The translations under genes and the position numbers were made by a program. 64,000 bases of DNA, from the NCBI RefSeq assembly GCF_009914755.1, contig NC_060931.1; one strand, 5' to 3'. The DNA comes from the human T2T-CHM13v2.0 reference genome, Homo sapiens. The notes under the pieces are model-generated. The model ran no database searches. It was not told the DNA's origin and saw only the letters and a program-made list of their open reading frames with translations. Shown one piece after another: positions 61,106 through 64,000 of the stretch; the first letter of the stretch is position 1; each line of letters begins with the position of its first letter.

Positions 61106-62240
61106 ATACTGAGCACAAAATCCAGAAACACGTGCAAGCATGTATGTATAATAATTTTGCATATAAAGAAAAAAGCTTACTTCAAATCAGTGGAGAGAGG
61201 ATGGACACCTCATCAGTGTTAGGTTACACACAATACATTTTCAAAAAACAATTCAAGGTTAGATTCCTACCCCACACTATGCATCAAAACCAATTCCAGA
61301 TAAATTAAAAATGTAAATTAAAAAAAATTATGATTATAAAAATGAAGTTTTTTACATGTATGTATAAAAGACAAAAAAGATTCAAAGATATATTTCTGTA
61401 TAGAAAAAAATACATAGACATCATACACAAAGCTAAAGGGCAAACAACTGGGGAAAATGTTTCATTATATAGCATTATATTAATATCCAGTATATAATAA
61501 ATGAACTTATAAAATTTTAACAGAAATATAGATGAAAGGCATGAATTGGCAATTATTTTTAAAAGTAAAAATGCATTATGTATATATGTATGTGTGTTAT
61601 ATATACATATATAGAGAACACTGATATATATATATAAAATCAATGAATGAAATACATCACGTGACCAATTTGTCTATCCAATTAACAAAGATGCAGGTAA
61701 ATAAGTAGTTTCAAAAACACTGCTGGTGGATAGTTCAATATCTATCTGGAAAGCCTTCTGACAAAATCATTAAAATATATATTCTATTGAACTAGAGTTC
61801 CACATCAACAAATTTATAGTTTTGCAAGGAGGATAAAGGAGAGGCCAAATGTCATCTCCACTTGCTGGATTGGGCTCACCTTCCCTCCACTCCCACTCAA
61901 GAAAGTGCACTCAATTAAATGAGGAAAGGGAAGAAAACATTTAACAAATGACATGTAAAAGTAACAGCGCTCCCTTGGTATAATCCCTGTAAGCACACCA
62001 AATCTAGTTTTTATATTTTCTAAACAATGCAATCAAATCAACAGTTCCCCACAGAATTAAAGCCCTCTCCTCAAAATCAGTAATGATCTTTTTTACATAT
62101 TCCTCCACAAGATACATATTTTCTTTTAAAAAATTAAATACAATTTAATATATTGAATTATATCTTAGATTTAGAATCAGCGTTTAATACAAAAAAGTTT
62201 TTACAAAAGTGAAAAATCACAATTGGAAAAAGTACCTTAC

Positions 62241-62378
62241 CTCAGGGTAAAGATTGAATCTTTTTAATGTATTAATGACAAGGGGGTATTCAGTCAGTTT
62301 ATCATTCATAATCATCCATACTCCATTCAAAAATGAGGGTGCTTCCACAATAGTCTTGAAATAGGAATAATATAGTCC
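62241..62378 (-). CDS. DPY19L1: DPY19L1 coding exon (probably exon 4), 138 nt, phase 0-0: [46 protein letters not shown]
   Basis: tttcag| acceptor and GAG|gtaag donor. Peptide matches recalled human DPY19L1, including the family GLYYSYFK motif. Confidence 0.95.
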
Positions 62379-63358
62379 CTGAAATAAAGATATGCTCAAT
62401 TAAAATAACAAAAGGTACATAATTATGATGCCACTTCTAAGTAAATACACTGTTTTTGAAAAACAAAGCAATTAAGTAATAGCTATTAATACAATGAATT
62501 TCACAGGTTTCTGATCACTGATAAATCCTAAAGTTGTGAAAAAACTATGTATTTTCACATAAATGCATCTTAATTGAAATAACTGAATGCAAAATAGCTT
62601 CAAAAAGTTTCAGCATTTAAAAAATAATACGACTCAGCATACTTCAACTTAGAAAATCCTATTACTTATACTAATATCACTCTTAGAAAATGCTATCTTA
62701 TGAATAGAGTGAGTGGTTTATTATGGAACTAAAATTTATCATGAACCAAGAAATCTCAAGCCAAAAATACTCCTCTAACTGCTTATTTTAATCCCCAAAA
62801 TGACACTATCAGTCATTTTTCCTCCGGATTTACATGCAAAAATGCAAATGTGTTGAGAAGGCTACACACTGATGTATTATTACATATGAATTTCACTCGG
62901 GTGCCACCTAATTTTACAGATTATTTTCCCTCCTATCAAGTCAGCATAAGGTAAGAACCCTGTGCGACTGGGGATAAGGGTGGGGAGTGGTCCTCTTTTG
63001 AAGAAAAGAGACAGTTTTTAGCTTGGCACACTACTTTGGAAAGATAGCAAGGGTGAAATAATATGTGAGACAAAAAAAAAACAAGAAAATACTAGAAGCC
63101 TAACGGAGAGTCTAAGTGGCAGTATGAGGGAAGACAGAAACACAAGATAAATCTACGTCTTGTATTTGCATCTTCAGTTTTCCCTGGAGCTGCCCTGGTA
63201 GCCAGTACCAGTAGCTGCCAAAGTTTAAACTGGGTTTAAGACTCACAAATACAAAAGAGATATGCCTATCCAGAAACTTATTGAAAAAGAAAAAAATGGT
63301 CTTGATACTCTGATGTATCGACTCTGATACCACTATTTTTAAAATTATGTTTCCTTGT

Positions 63359-63811
63359 GTACTGATTTGGATAGTGTCCCCTAAAATTTCATGTCCACCA
63401 GACCCTGTGGAGTGATCTTATTTGGAAATGGGATTCTTGCAGACGTGATCAAGTTAAGATGAGGTCATATTGGATTAAGGTGGACTCTAAACCCAACACA
63501 ACTGATGTACCTACATAAAGAGGAATATTTGGCCTCAAAGCTACAGGCACACAGGGGAAAAGGCCATGTGAAGAGGGGTCAGAGACTGGGGTGAGGCATC
63601 AGCATGCCAAGGAATTCCAAGGATGGCCAGCAACCACCAGAGGCTGAGAAGAGACAAGGAAGGACTCTCCCCTCCAGCCTTCAGAGACAAGATGCCCGTC
63701 AACACCTTAATGTCCCACTGCTAATCTCTGGAACTGTGAGAGAATATATTTCTGCTGTTTTAAGCCACCTAGCTTGTTGCACTTCTTTATGACAGCCCTA
63801 GGAAACTATAC
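63359..63811 (+). mobile_element. MaLR solo LTR (MLT1B/C-like)
   Basis: cttatttggaaat...gttaagatgaggtcata...gacagccctaggaaacta. Confidence 0.88.
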
Positions 63812-64000
63812 CTTCCTTCTTTTGTAGGTTTGATTTTGGAAACATATGTTTAATTATAAAACAAAAATTTAAAAATCCCTAAATATCAAAATAAAAATGA
63901 AAGAAAGGAATTAACTATTTATCAACTTGGAAGAAGATTTCAAGTAACATTAAGATACTGTAATTTTACTGTATATCCCTAGTGGACTATATCCTAAGGT

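Overview
Human/primate-type genomic DNA: AT-rich and dense in Alu, L1, L2, MIR, MaLR/ERV LTR and Tigger repeats. The window lies inside a minus-strand gene recognisable as DPY19L1 (DPY-19 family tryptophan C-mannosyltransferase). Ten consecutive coding exons (138, 121, 94, 58, 92, 100, 78, 87, 60 and 81 nt; 909 nt, 303 codons; probably exons 4-13) all have canonical AG/GT boundaries, compatible phases and no stops. The rest is intron. The most notable non-obvious element is an old, heavily decayed, intronless nucleolin (NCL) retrocopy on the + strand at ~19.7-21.6 kb. It is split by an MLT1 LTR and lacks RRM1 and the 3' end. Other observations: a ~210 bp dispersed local duplication, a cluster of five AP-1 sites around an ERVL LTR, a solo LTR with promoter motifs antisense to the gene, a near full-length Tigger1, inverted Alu pairs, and a splice junction that recreates a 5' splice site. 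I found no CRISPR array, RNA gene or convincing novel coding system. Repeat subfamily names and protein identities come from recalled consensus sequences, not searches, and repeat coordinates are approximate.
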